From the sequence record SRR31156797_8656: a DNA stretch of 54,398 nt; one strand, given 5' to 3'. The translations under genes were made by a program, and so were the position numbers. Under the pieces are notes generated by a model. The model ran no database searches and was not told the DNA's origin. It worked only from the letters and a program-made list of their open reading frames with translations. Position 1 is the stretch's first letter, and the number at the start of each line of letters is the position of its first letter. Below, piece by piece: positions 1 through 9,790 of the stretch.

Positions 1-2355
1 GTAACGTAAAGATTCTATTGGGTTTTGATTAGCAGATTTCCAGGTTTGTACTGAAACAGTTAGTAGCGCAAACAGAGTCGTAATGATTCCGGAAATTAGA
101 AATGGAAGTACACCTATTTGAACTTTATAGGCAAAATTTTCAAGCCAAGCATGCATGATAAACCATACTGAGGGAATTGAGATAACAAAGGAAATCATTA
201 ACCATTTGGCATAAGTTGAAAATAACAAACGAATGATTTGTGGGATACTTGCTCCTGCTACTTTTCGAATTCCAATTTCCTTGGTTCTTCGTTGTATTAT
301 GAATAAGGTTAATGCATACAATCCAAGTAGAGCAAGAAGAATTGACAAAATTGAAGAAGAAATGGCTAAGGATTCTTCCTGTTCTTCCTTTTGATAGCGG
401 TTGCGACAAATATCATCGATCAACTCATAGTTTATGGTTCTTCCTTCATCAAATTGAGTAATAGTTCTTTTTATATCATCTAATACAATTGAATATTGAT
501 GATTTTTTGCTTTAATCAGAATGTTGTCTACTCTTTTGGAATAACTGAACATTAAAGGTTGTATTTCTTCGGACATGGAAGCATAATGGAAATCTTTAAC
601 GACTCCTTTAATGGAATATATGGTATCATGAAAAATAACATCTTTACCAACTGCATCTTTAATATTTAATAGTTCTAAAGCTTTTTCATTTAGAATTATG
701 CTTTTTTCATCAGCCTTACTAAAATCACGAAAAGCACTTCCTGCAATAAATTGTATATCTAAAAGTTCAAAATAGCCAGGAGCAACACGATATTCATTTA
801 TCAATTTGGTTGCTTCGTCGCTGGTATTAGCCATTTTTAAACCTTGTCCGCTACAGCCACCTCCAGGTAAATGCGAACTTGCACTAACATCTGCGATATT
901 AGGATTGTTTAGAAGCTCTTGTTTAATTGACTCGTAAGATTGAGCCTGTTTTCCACTCAAATTGTTAATGGCAATTACTTTATCAGGTTCGAACCCCAAA
1001 TCGCTTTCCTTCATGAATTTAATTTGCATTTGTACTATAATGACAGAAGCAATTAGTATCATGGATACGGAAAATTGAAATACGACCAAAGCTTGTGATA
1101 ACCTGTTGGTTTTATGATTTGATTTTGTATTTCCTTTGATAATGCTCGCAGGAGAATATTTACTAATGATAAAGGAAGGATACAAACCGGAAAGTACTCC
1201 TACTAATATTGCTAGCATAGGAATTCCCAAGTATAGGATTGGATTACCAAAATAGTCAATGCTCAAATTTCGGTTCATTAAATTTGAAAAGAAAGGAAGT
1301 AGTATTTCGGAAATTATTATTCCTAGTAAAATGGCAAAAAGAACCATGGTAAGAGTAAAAATAAATATTCTTTTTATAACACTAAATCGTGTCGCACCAA
1401 TTGCCTTTTGTAGACCAATTTCACTTAGTTTACTATCATATTGAACAACAAGAATGTTAATGAAATTGATGATTGCAATGATCAAAATTAAAGCTGCAAG
1501 AATAATTTGAACGTAAATGGAATTGATTTTTCCTTGTGGTTTAAGGTACGTTTCATAATTCGATTTAAGGTGGATATCAGTTAGTTTTTGGGTAAGGGAT
1601 TCTACCTTAAGGTTATAAGCTCCAAATCGATCATTTAATTTTTTATTGTATAACTGATTAATTTTCTCAAGTGTTTTTTCTGTGTTAATTCCTGATTTTA
1701 AAAGGGCGTAAGCAAAATATTCCAGAGATTTCATGTTATCCAGATTTTTCGATGCAGTGAATGGAACAAGTACATCAAAATCATAATGAGAAGTAATAGG
1801 AATGTCTTCTACTACACAAGCAACGCTAAATGTTTTTCCCATACTTTCAAACTCTTTCCCTACCGCATCAGTTGTATTGAATAATTTTTGGGCAGTTCTC
1901 TGATTTATTACTGCACTGTTTGGTGACGAAAATAGCTTATTAGGATTGGCAGAATAAATCTTTTCTAAAGTAAAAACTTTATGAAAGTTAGTGTCAACAT
2001 ACAAAGCTTTAATTCCTCTGAATTCGTTATCAGCTATTTTAATATTTAGATAATTCAAATTATAAATCTCCGTGATTTCCGCAATTTCTGGAATATGCCT
2101 GGCGAAATTATCTTCTTTTAGTCGAAGACACAGTGGCATAATCTCATCCTTTTCCTCTTGTACAACTTTGGTTAGTATTCGGAAGATTCTTTCATGTTTC
2201 TCATTGTGTTTATCGTAGTTTAATTCGTGCTGAACGTAAATGGAAATTAATAGTACTGCCGCCGTGCCTATTGCTAAACCGACAATGTTAATAGTTGAAT
2301 TCAATTTTTCTTTCAACAAGCCTCTGAAGGATAATTTTATATTGTGCCAAAGCAT
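1..2355 (-). CDS. ABC transporter permease, MacB/FtsX family (runs off the left edge, missing only the last residue or so and the stop)
   Basis: Absent from the ORF track. ATG at 2355 reads MLWHNIKLSFRGLLKEKLNSTINIVGLAIG..., and the same frame reads ...WKSANQNPIESLRY at base 1. Both ends parallel the neighbouring permease. Confidence 0.9.
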   Translation of the reverse strand, partial: MLWHNIKLSFRGLLKEKLNSTINIVGLAIGTAAVLLISIYVQHELNYDKHNEKHERIFRILTKVVQEEKDEIMPLCLRLKEDNFARHIPEIAEITEIYNLNYLNIKIADNEFRGIKALYVDTNFHKVFTLEKIYSANPNKLFSSPNSAVINQRTAQKLFNTTDAVGKEFESMGKTFSVACVVEDIPITSHYDFDVLVPFTASKNLDNMKSLEYFAYALLKSGINTEKTLEKINQLYNKKLNDRFGAYNLKVESLTQKLTDIHLKSNYETYLKPQGKINSIYVQIILAALILIIAIINFINILVVQYDSKLSEIGLQKAIGATRFSVIKRIFIFTLTMVLFAILLGIIISEILLPFFSNLMNRNLSIDYFGNPILYLGIPMLAILVGVLSGLYPSFIISKYSPASIIKGNTKSNHKTNRLSQALVVFQFSVSMILIASVIIVQMQIKFMKESDLGFEPDKVIAINNLSGKQAQSYESIKQELLNNPNIADVSASSHLPGGGCSGQGLKMANTSDEATKLINEYRVAPGYFELLDIQFIAGSAFRDFSKADEKSIILNEKALELLNIKDAVGKDVIFHDTIYSIKGVVKDFHYASMSEEIQPLMFSYSKRVDNILIKAKNHQYSIVLDDIKRTITQFDEGRTINYELIDDICRNRYQKEEQEESLAISSSILSILLALLGLYALTLFIIQRRTKEIGIRKVAGASIPQIIRLLFSTYAKWLMISFVISIPSVWFIMHAWLENFAYKVQIGVLPFLISGIITTLFALLTVSVQTWKSANQNPIESLRY

Positions 2356-2366
2356 ATTTTGATAAT

Positions 2367-4712
2367 TTATTCGTAACGTAATGATTTAATTGGATTTTGA
2401 TTTGCAGATTTCCATGTATGATAGAAAACTGTTAAAAGAGCAATGAACAAGGTTACACCTCCAGAAATAAGGAATGGTAAAACTCCGATATCAATTTTCC
2501 GAGCAAAGCCATTAAGCCAATGATTCATACAAATCCATGAAATGGGAATTGCAATGACAAAAGCAATTAAAATCCATCTGCTAAATAATCCAAGAAATAG
2601 TTTTGAAATTTGAGTTATAGACGCACCTGTTATTTTGCGTATACCAATTTCTTTCGTACGTTTTTGAATCATAAATAAGCTTAACGAGTATAAACCAATT
2701 AAAGCAATGATAATGGATAAAATAGAAGTGTACATTGCTATTTTCATTGTTCGTCTTTCCTGATGATAGCGATTTCGGTTTCTTTTTTCAACATTGATAA
2801 CATTTAGGTTGTAGCTAGGATCGAACTTGCGTAATACATTTTCAATTTTATCTTCTAATTCCTTATAATCGTTTGTGTTGTGTTTTATTAATATGGTAAA
2901 TAGTCCAAAACATCGATTACTAAATAGAAGAGGAGTAATCTTACTGCGAAGCGATCGGAAATGAAAATTTTTAACAATTCCCTGAATTGTGTAGATCGTA
3001 TCTGCATAATTAATTTTAGAACCCAAAACATGTTTTGTGTTAATCATTTTTGCAGCTGCTTCATTAATAATTATGCCATAACGATCTGATTTATTGTCTT
3101 CATTAAAGGAATGACCTTCTTTAAATTCTATTCCTAATGTTTCGAAATAATCTGCTTGTACTCTATACTCTGCACAATCCATTGAACTGCTTTGTTCTTG
3201 CCCAAGCAAATAAAAACCTTGACCACTTGCTCCACCACCAGGAAAATGATCACTAGCGCTTATGAACTGAATTTCTGGAATATTAGATAATTCCTCTTTA
3301 ATAGCAGGAAAAGATCTTCTAAGCGATTGACTTAATGAAATGATTCCTGTTACATTTTTAGGCTGAAAACCCAAATCAGCACTTTCTAAATAATTGGTTT
3401 GCTGACGAGTTATTAAAAGACTGGAAATTAGGCTAATTGAAATGGTAAATTGCACAATAACCAGAATCTTTGTAAAAGATAAACTGCCTTTTCGTTTTGT
3501 TAAATCGCCTTTAATTATTTCAGCAGCATGAAATTTAGTTAGATAGAGAGCAGGGTATACGCCAGAAAGAAAACCGGTGAAGACAAATATTCCAATTAAT
3601 CCAAATAATAGTGACGGATTGTGGAAATATTCAGGTGTAATGTTTCTGTGAATTAGGTTGTTAAATTTATTTAGGAAAATTTCAGATAGAATAATGCCTA
3701 ATATTAATGCAACAAAAGAGTAAAGGAACGAGCTACCTAGAAATTGTTTGATTAGTTCAATACGATTTGCGCCTATAGCTTTACGTAAACCAATTTCGCC
3801 CATTTTTGCTTCATATTGAACCGTCATTATATTGATGAAATTAATTAGCGCAATCATTAGCACTAGCAGTGCAAGTGTACTTAGTACAAGAATAGATACA
3901 ATATCTCCCTGTCCTCCAAGATAGTTGCCGATTTCCGAATACAAGTGAATATCTGTAAGAGGTTCCAGATTCCCATTTGATTCGTATCCATATTTAGTAA
4001 ACCAATTTTGTATGATTTGATTATAAACAGCCAATGATTTGTTAATTGCTAATTCCGTATCGATATTTTCATTGAACAATACATAGGTAATGAATTCTAA
4101 ACTACCTAAATCTTCCAGCCAAGGATTTGACTCCATTGTAGTTAAAATATCAAATTCATAATGCGATGTTACAGGTAACTTTTTTACAATTCCTTCAACA
4201 GTATAAATTGATTCATTAATGGTAACCTGCTTTCCGGTGGAGTTGATCTCACCAAAAATAATTTTAGAGCATTCATCGGTTAACACTAAACCATTTAATT
4301 TGGATAGTGCTTTTTGTGGTTGACCATATAGAAATTCTAAATCAAATACTTTATAGAAATTAGAATCAACATATAAATGAGTGAATTCTGTAAATCTATT
4401 TTTCCCATAATCAATAGGTTGATCGTAGCCATAAACCTGAGTAACTTCTTCAACTTCTGGAATTTTTGAGGAGAAATTTTCAGAAGTCAACCGCATACAG
4501 CGGGGTCCGGTATTGCCATGATAGGTTGAATACAATCGGTGTATTCTCTCATGCTTTGAGTTGAATAAATCATAACTCAATTCGTTTTGAACGTAAAGCA
4601 TGATGAGAATAACCGTTGCCATTCCAACAGAAAGTCCTAAAATGTTAATTGTGGAATTTGTAAGGTTTTTATAAAGATTTCGGAATGTAAGCTTTATATT
4701 TTGCCAGAGCAT
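2367..4712 (-). CDS. ABC transporter permease, MacB/FtsX family
   Basis: 781 aa with two periplasmic plus FtsX repeats; motifs INILGLSVGMA, EIGLRKAIGA, EIGIRKITGAS, NPIKSLRYE. Confidence 0.92.
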   Translation of the reverse strand: MLWQNIKLTFRNLYKNLTNSTINILGLSVGMATVILIMLYVQNELSYDLFNSKHERIHRLYSTYHGNTGPRCMRLTSENFSSKIPEVEEVTQVYGYDQPIDYGKNRFTEFTHLYVDSNFYKVFDLEFLYGQPQKALSKLNGLVLTDECSKIIFGEINSTGKQVTINESIYTVEGIVKKLPVTSHYEFDILTTMESNPWLEDLGSLEFITYVLFNENIDTELAINKSLAVYNQIIQNWFTKYGYESNGNLEPLTDIHLYSEIGNYLGGQGDIVSILVLSTLALLVLMIALINFINIMTVQYEAKMGEIGLRKAIGANRIELIKQFLGSSFLYSFVALILGIILSEIFLNKFNNLIHRNITPEYFHNPSLLFGLIGIFVFTGFLSGVYPALYLTKFHAAEIIKGDLTKRKGSLSFTKILVIVQFTISISLISSLLITRQQTNYLESADLGFQPKNVTGIISLSQSLRRSFPAIKEELSNIPEIQFISASDHFPGGGASGQGFYLLGQEQSSSMDCAEYRVQADYFETLGIEFKEGHSFNEDNKSDRYGIIINEAAAKMINTKHVLGSKINYADTIYTIQGIVKNFHFRSLRSKITPLLFSNRCFGLFTILIKHNTNDYKELEDKIENVLRKFDPSYNLNVINVEKRNRNRYHQERRTMKIAMYTSILSIIIALIGLYSLSLFMIQKRTKEIGIRKITGASITQISKLFLGLFSRWILIAFVIAIPISWICMNHWLNGFARKIDIGVLPFLISGGVTLFIALLTVFYHTWKSANQNPIKSLRYE

Positions 4713-4757
4713 AAGTAGATTGTTTGGGATTAAATGTATTTAAGATTTATCTTATTA

Positions 4758-5468
4758 TTATGCTTCCTGCATTACTTTTTGTGGATTATTTTCACTCCTT
4801 TTGTTTTCGGAAACAATTTTACCATCAAACAAATGAATAACCCTGTGGGCATAGGTTGCATCGCTTACGGAGTGGGTAACCATTACAATTGTTGCTCCGG
4901 CTGTGTTCAGTTCACTCAAAAGCTCCATTACTTCAGTTCCATTACTCGAATCCAAATTACCAGTTGGCTCATCGGCTAATATCAATTTTGGATTGGTGAC
5001 TACTGCACGTGCAATGGCAACACGCTGTTGCTGACCACCTGATAACTGCTGTGGAAAGTGTTTGCCTCTGTGAGCAATATTCATTCTTTCCAGAACTTCG
5101 TTCACTTTCTTTTTTCTTTCTGATGTCGAAATTCCCATATATAAGAGTGGTAGTTCAACATTTTCGAATACATTCAATTCATCAATCAGGTTAAAGCTCT
5201 GGAAAATAAAACCAATATTTCCCTTTCTATATTGGGTTCGCTCTTTTTCTGATTTATTGCTTACATCATCACCATTAAAAGTATAGTTTCCATTGCTAGG
5301 ATTATCTAATAAGCCAATAATATTTAAAAGTGTCGATTTACCACATCCCGATGGTCCCATAATGGCAGCGAACTCACCATCATTGATATGTAGATTGACA
5401 TTGTTTAGAGCAGATGTTTCTACTTCTTCGGTTCTAAATGTTTTGCACAAGTCTTTTGTAATAATCAT
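4758..5468 (-). CDS. ABC transporter ATP-binding protein (LolD/MacB-type)
   Basis: Walker A GPSGCGKS, signature LSGGQQQR, Walker B ILADEPTGNLD. Start moved to ATG 5468 (MIITKDL) because the longer ORF start lies inside the sigma-54 promoter. Confidence 0.93.
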   Translation of the reverse strand: MIITKDLCKTFRTEEVETSALNNVNLHINDGEFAAIMGPSGCGKSTLLNIIGLLDNPSNGNYTFNGDDVSNKSEKERTQYRKGNIGFIFQSFNLIDELNVFENVELPLLYMGISTSERKKKVNEVLERMNIAHRGKHFPQQLSGGQQQRVAIARAVVTNPKLILADEPTGNLDSSNGTEVMELLSELNTAGATIVMVTHSVSDATYAHRVIHLFDGKIVSENKRSENNPQKVMQEA

Positions 5469-5499
5469 TATTTTAAGTTTTAAGATTTGAACTGATAAA

Positions 5500-5515
5500 G
5501 CCAAGTTTTGTGCCA
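5500..5515 (-). promoter_or_regulatory. sigma-54 (-24/-12) promoter for the ABC operon
   Basis: Minus strand TGGCACAAAACTTGGC versus consensus TGGCAC-N5-TTGC (one mismatch at -12), 31 nt before the ATG, next to a sigma-54 activator gene. Confidence 0.7.
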
Positions 5516-5566
5516 AATAAAATAGAGTCTTAAAATCAGTCTTTTACAATTTTATTGCATTTTAAG

Positions 5567-5606
5567 GTGTCGGAATTTCCGACACTTCCTGTTGTCAATT
5601 ACAACA
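5567..5606. promoter_or_regulatory. Two tandem TGT-N11-ACA enhancer (UAS) palindromes
   Basis: GTGTCGGAA-T-TTCCGACAC (5567-5585, perfect) and TGTTGT-CAATT-ACAACA (5590-5606), centres 22 bp apart. Confidence 0.7.
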
Positions 5607-5651
5607 ATATGCTAACTTTAAATCTGAATTCTATTTAAACAATTAATTTGT

Positions 5652-7022
5652 ATGTCTAAAAAGGGAAAGCTACTGATTGTGGATGATAATGAAGAATTGC
5701 TTTTTGCTCTTCAGCTGTTTTTACAATCTCATTTTGATAGCATTGATACCATTAAAAATCCAAATAGTTTACTTTCAAAAATTAGAGAGACAGAGTATGA
5801 TGTGATTCTGTTAGATATGAATTTTAAAGCTGGGATTAATTCTGGCAATGAAGGATTGTATTGGTTGACACAAATTCTTGAACAGGATAAAAATGCATGT
5901 GTTGTATTAATTACTGCTTATGGAGATATTGAGTTAGCTGTGAAAGCAATGCAAAATGGAGCGATTGATTTTATTCAGAAATCATGGGATGAAAATCACA
6001 TTCTTTCAACACTTTTGAAGGCTTACAAGTTAAGATGTTCTAAACTTGAAATCAAGACGCTTAAAACGAAGCAAAAGCAATTAAATAAGGAGATTAATAA
6101 GAATAGTAGCTTTGTAAAAGGAAAATCTGATACCATGCTGCAAGTATTCAAAACAGTTGAAAAAGTTTCGGAGACCGATGCTAACATTTTGATCACAGGC
6201 GAGAATGGTACTGGTAAAGAAGTTATCGCAAGAGAAATTCATTTGCAGTCGAATAGAAAAGATCAGGTTTTTATACATGTTGATTTGGGTGCGATAAGTG
6301 AATCTTTATTTGAAAGTGAATTATTTGGTTCTAAAAAAGGAGCGTTTACCGATGCAAAAGAAGATAGAATGGGACGTTTTGAATTGGCTTCAGGAGGTAC
6401 TTTATTTTTAGACGAGATAGGTAATGTGCCACTTCATTTACAAACCAAATTATTAACCGCTATTCAGAGTAAAGAAATTATTCCTGTTGGAGGAAATGTT
6501 CCGGTAAAAATAGATGTGCGAATAGTATCGGCAACTAATTGCAATTTGTTTGACATGGTGACTGATGGTTTATTTCGTGAAGATTTATTGTATCGTTTGA
6601 ATACGATTCTAATTGAGTTGCCTTCGCTTCGCAATAGAATTGAAGATATTGAAGAATTAAGTAGTTTTTATCTGAATAAATATGCGGATCAGTATGGAAA
6701 AGGAAAAATGAGTTTACAAAAGACAGCTATTAATAAACTTACGAAACATTCATGGCCAGGTAATATCAGAGAACTTCAACATGTGGTGGAAAAATCAGTA
6801 ATTTTAAGTGATTCAGAAAAATTGTCTGCAGATGATGTGCTAATAGGGGAAGAGGCTACCAAAAAGGAAATCATGCCTGAAACTTTAAATTTGGTTGAAA
6901 ATGAGAGGTTTTTAATCGAGAAAGCCATTCGATTTACAGGAGGTAACATGAGTTTAGCAGCTAAGGAATTGGGTATTAATCGTTCTACCTTATACGATAA
7001 AATTAAGAAGTATGATTTATAA
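5652..7022 (+). CDS. sigma-54-dependent response regulator (NtrC family: REC-AAA+-Fis HTH)
   Basis: LIVDD...LLDMN receiver, GENGTGKE, ESELFG, GAFTDA, WPGNIREL, C-terminal AAKELGINRSTLY. Confidence 0.95.
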   Translation: MSKKGKLLIVDDNEELLFALQLFLQSHFDSIDTIKNPNSLLSKIRETEYDVILLDMNFKAGINSGNEGLYWLTQILEQDKNACVVLITAYGDIELAVKAMQNGAIDFIQKSWDENHILSTLLKAYKLRCSKLEIKTLKTKQKQLNKEINKNSSFVKGKSDTMLQVFKTVEKVSETDANILITGENGTGKEVIAREIHLQSNRKDQVFIHVDLGAISESLFESELFGSKKGAFTDAKEDRMGRFELASGGTLFLDEIGNVPLHLQTKLLTAIQSKEIIPVGGNVPVKIDVRIVSATNCNLFDMVTDGLFREDLLYRLNTILIELPSLRNRIEDIEELSSFYLNKYADQYGKGKMSLQKTAINKLTKHSWPGNIRELQHVVEKSVILSDSEKLSADDVLIGEEATKKEIMPETLNLVENERFLIEKAIRFTGGNMSLAAKELGINRSTLYDKIKKYDL

Positions 7023-8361
7023 AAGATTTTATATCGGAGTACTAATTCAGGTTATTTTATTGTCGTTAACTCCTTTGTTGTTTTTGTATGTGTATGCTCA
7101 GGAATACATGGTTGTAACCACTTATAGCTTGGCTGCTTTATGGATTCTGCAAATTGTATATTTATTATACTACATCAACAAAACCAATCGTGATTTATCA
7201 CGTTTTTTTGATGCTTTTCAATATCAGGATGCCACTTTGGTTTTCAACGAAGGCAAAAAGGATAAGGCTTTCGTGAATCTTCATCAAAGTTTTAATCAGA
7301 TAATTAAGGCTTTTGGTAAGGTGAAGATTGAAAAAGAAAAAGACTTTGTGTTTTTTCAAAATACAGTAGAATTGGTTGGAATTGGTCTATTGGCATTCGA
7401 TCACAGGGGAAACGTGAAGCTTTGCAATCAGGCGTTTAAAGATCTTTTTTTGGTAGGTGATTTTGAAAATATTTCGGAATTGGATACCGTTGAGGAGGGT
7501 TTTCCTGAATTTTTAAATCGAATAAAATCTGAGAAACAAAAACTGAGGAAATATTTAGTTAAGAATAGAATTCTAAAATTGGCAGTTAAAGCGGTTGACT
7601 TTCGTTTGGAAGATGAAAATATTAAGGTGGTAGCTTTTCAGGATATCAAAAATGCTATTGATAAAGGAGAAATGGACGCCATGCACAAACTGATTCGTGT
7701 ATTTACACATGAAATTGTGAATTCGGTTAGTCCGATTTCAATGCTTTCGGGTAGTTTGATTGATTTGTATGAAAAGAACGGAGCACAACCATCTAAAGAA
7801 ATATTGAACGAAGGTGCCATATCGAATACTATAATGGGTTTACATACCATTCGTAAAAGAAGCAAAGGATTAATAGCTTTTGTAGATGAATATAAAAATT
7901 TAACACAGCTGCCAAAACCACATTTCGAATTGATATCAGTAGAGAAACTGTTTTCTCATATTGGAGTTTTGTTTCAGGAAGAGTTTAAAGCGGAGAGTAT
8001 TGATTTCACGTATCATTTACATTCTGATCAACAAGAGTTGATAGCAGACGAAAAGTTAATTTCTCAGGTGTTGATCAATATGATTCGTAACTCCATTGAA
8101 GCATTAAAAGAAACAAAAATAAAAACACTGTCGATATCAACAGGACAAGCAAATCCTCTCAATTTAATTATTGTTAGAGACAACGGTGCTGGTATACCCG
8201 ATGATGTTATTGAAAATGTTTTTACACCTTTCTTTACTACAAAAGAAAAAGGGTCTGGTATTGGTTTGAATCTGTCAAGACAAATAATGCGATTGCATGG
8301 TGGAACCATAGCAGTACGTTCAAAACCCAATCGTTTAACTGAATTTACTTTGCAATTTTAA
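7012..8361 (+). CDS. Sensor histidine kinase (NtrY-like)
   Basis: Two N-terminal TM helices, H-box THEIVNS, N-box INMIRNS, DNGAGI and GSGIGL boxes; overlaps the regulator stop. Confidence 0.93.
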   Translation: MIYKRFYIGVLIQVILLSLTPLLFLYVYAQEYMVVTTYSLAALWILQIVYLLYYINKTNRDLSRFFDAFQYQDATLVFNEGKKDKAFVNLHQSFNQIIKAFGKVKIEKEKDFVFFQNTVELVGIGLLAFDHRGNVKLCNQAFKDLFLVGDFENISELDTVEEGFPEFLNRIKSEKQKLRKYLVKNRILKLAVKAVDFRLEDENIKVVAFQDIKNAIDKGEMDAMHKLIRVFTHEIVNSVSPISMLSGSLIDLYEKNGAQPSKEILNEGAISNTIMGLHTIRKRSKGLIAFVDEYKNLTQLPKPHFELISVEKLFSHIGVLFQEEFKAESIDFTYHLHSDQQELIADEKLISQVLINMIRNSIEALKETKIKTLSISTGQANPLNLIIVRDNGAGIPDDVIENVFTPFFTTKEKGSGIGLNLSRQIMRLHGGTIAVRSKPNRLTEFTLQF

Positions 8362-8370
8362 TTGTATTTG

Positions 8371-8421
8371 AGTGTCAACACTTATGTTAATGCAGTGTCG
8401 ATCCTTATGCTAACGTAGTGT
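8371..8421. repeat. Degenerate 23-bp tandem direct repeat (about 2.2 copies)
   Basis: agtgtcaacacttatgttaatgc / agtgtcgatccttatgctaacgt / agtgt; 17 of 23 positions identical. Confidence 0.5.
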
Positions 8422-8487
8422 GAGGTATTCCAATACCTATCAATTTAGTATTTTATTCTCTCTTGATAATCCGTAACTTGAGGAGAT

Positions 8488-9000
8488 ATGATGCAGATAA
8501 AATCTCCTTTTGAAATCACCAGACTTTTACTTTCTGAAAATCCCTCGGATAGGGAAAAGGGCTATAACGCCTTTTTGGGAAGAACGCATTGGGTAAAAGG
8601 TAATACTACTGCGAACTTGTGTAATTTGGCTTGTGTACAATTCAGGTTGAATCCTAAACATGTAAAAATATATCCACCTCGCAACTTATCTCCAGAATCT
8701 CTTTGGGCAAGTCAATCTAGGTTGGAACAAGAAAAACTTTTAATGGTTGATGCGGCTCATGAATATATTGAGGAGAAGGGAGAGGAATTTCCTCCAATTA
8801 TTGTTTGGGACTTATTTCAGGAAAAAAAAATTCGATTTATTGTTCACGATGGGCATCATCGATCCTGGTTTTTTAATGATAAGAAAAGTAAAGTTAACGC
8901 AGTTATTTTACAGCCAATTGAGAATTATAAAATTGTAGAGAAATGTTTGAATCAAGCTTTTCAAATCAGGCGATTGGCAATTAACTTACCTATCTTTTAA
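8488..9000 (+). CDS. Hypothetical protein with ParB/sulfiredoxin-like motif
   Basis: FPPIIV...FIVHDGHHR resembles the ParB/Srx PI-V...DGxHR signature; no HTH is evident. Confidence 0.6.
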   Translation: MMQIKSPFEITRLLLSENPSDREKGYNAFLGRTHWVKGNTTANLCNLACVQFRLNPKHVKIYPPRNLSPESLWASQSRLEQEKLLMVDAAHEYIEEKGEEFPPIIVWDLFQEKKIRFIVHDGHHRSWFFNDKKSKVNAVILQPIENYKIVEKCLNQAFQIRRLAINLPIF

Positions 9001-9020
9001 ATGCAGAAAAAAAGCTGGAA

Positions 9021-9392
9021 TTAACCAGCCTTATTATTACACCTTAAATCATTTAAATTTATTCGGGCAATCTTTTTATCAAGGGTTTGATGCAGATCGT
9101 TTAATTTACTGCAAGGATATTCGTTGCACTCTGCGCAAGTAGCATAAAGTCGTTTTCTCGCACAAGCTCTTACTGCACATTCCTGGCAGTGGCGAAATTT
9201 TTGTCCCCAAGGCTCATGACAACCTTTGCAGGTTATTTCACTCGCTTCGTAGGTGTGATCCTTATCAGACCATAATTTAGCAATTTTAACTCTTACTTTT
9301 TCTTGTTGCTTTTGTGTAGCGACATAAGCAGGGCAGGTGGAACAATTTACTCCGCAGTAGGCAATTCTATCTTTATCCTGGGTTTTATGCAT
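9021..9392 (-). CDS. DUF3795-like Cys-rich (putative metal/Fe-S-binding) protein
   Basis: IAYCGVNCSTCP, CKGC, CQECAVRACA, CAECNEYPC; ATG start at 9392. Confidence 0.8.
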   Translation of the reverse strand: MHKTQDKDRIAYCGVNCSTCPAYVATQKQQEKVRVKIAKLWSDKDHTYEASEITCKGCHEPWGQKFRHCQECAVRACARKRLYATCAECNEYPCSKLNDLHQTLDKKIARINLNDLRCNNKAG

Positions 9393-9516
9393 ATTGTTAT
9401 TGGGTTTCGTGCTAGTTAAATATACTCTCAATACGATCTTTTGTTTCGATTTATTAGAGAATTATATCCTTAAATATAACTAAGATTTTTGCACTTTTCA
9501 AGATGTTTCATAAAAC

Positions 9517-9548
9517 AAAAAATCCTCAAAGAAAATCTCTTTGAGGAT
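9517..9548 (-). terminator. Intrinsic terminator after the DUF2892 gene
   Basis: atcctcaaaga-aaatc-tctttgaggat with an A-run on its left side. Confidence 0.7.
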
Positions 9549-9568
9549 AGTTTTTGGCATGATATTTT

Positions 9569-9784
9569 TTATTTCTTATCTGGTTTTACCTTACATGTAT
9601 TTATTCCTAATAAGGTGTATGGTGGACAATTGCCAACAACGCTGGTTAAAAACATTACACAAGCAAAAACCAAGATTATAATTCCAATGGTTCCGGTAAT
9701 GATATCTATAAAATAAAGTGTCGCAAGAATAAAAGCAGCAATTACTCTTAATCCACGATCCAGATTACCCATATTTTTTTTCAT
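9569..9784 (-). CDS. DUF2892 (YgaP-like) small membrane protein
   Basis: MKKNMGNLDR...two TM segments...GNCPPYTLLGINTC, typical of the family. Confidence 0.88.
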   Translation of the reverse strand: MKKNMGNLDRGLRVIAAFILATLYFIDIITGTIGIIILVFACVMFLTSVVGNCPPYTLLGINTCKVKPDKK

Positions 9785-9790
9785 ATTTAT

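Noticed and set aside
140-1444. ORF-track entries 140..409 (-) and 1259..1444 (+)
   Set aside because: Both lie inside the real permease CDS at 1-2355, one out of frame and one antisense, and have no recognisable motifs.
5469-5516. N-terminal extensions from the ORF track (also at 13776, 18027, 25051, 29689, 37498, 38925)
   Set aside because: The extensions use non-ATG starts or overlap promoters, repeats or upstream genes; family homology begins at the downstream ATG.
8371-8421. Direct repeats as a mini-CRISPR
   Set aside because: The units abut with no spacers, there are only about two copies, and no cas genes are present.
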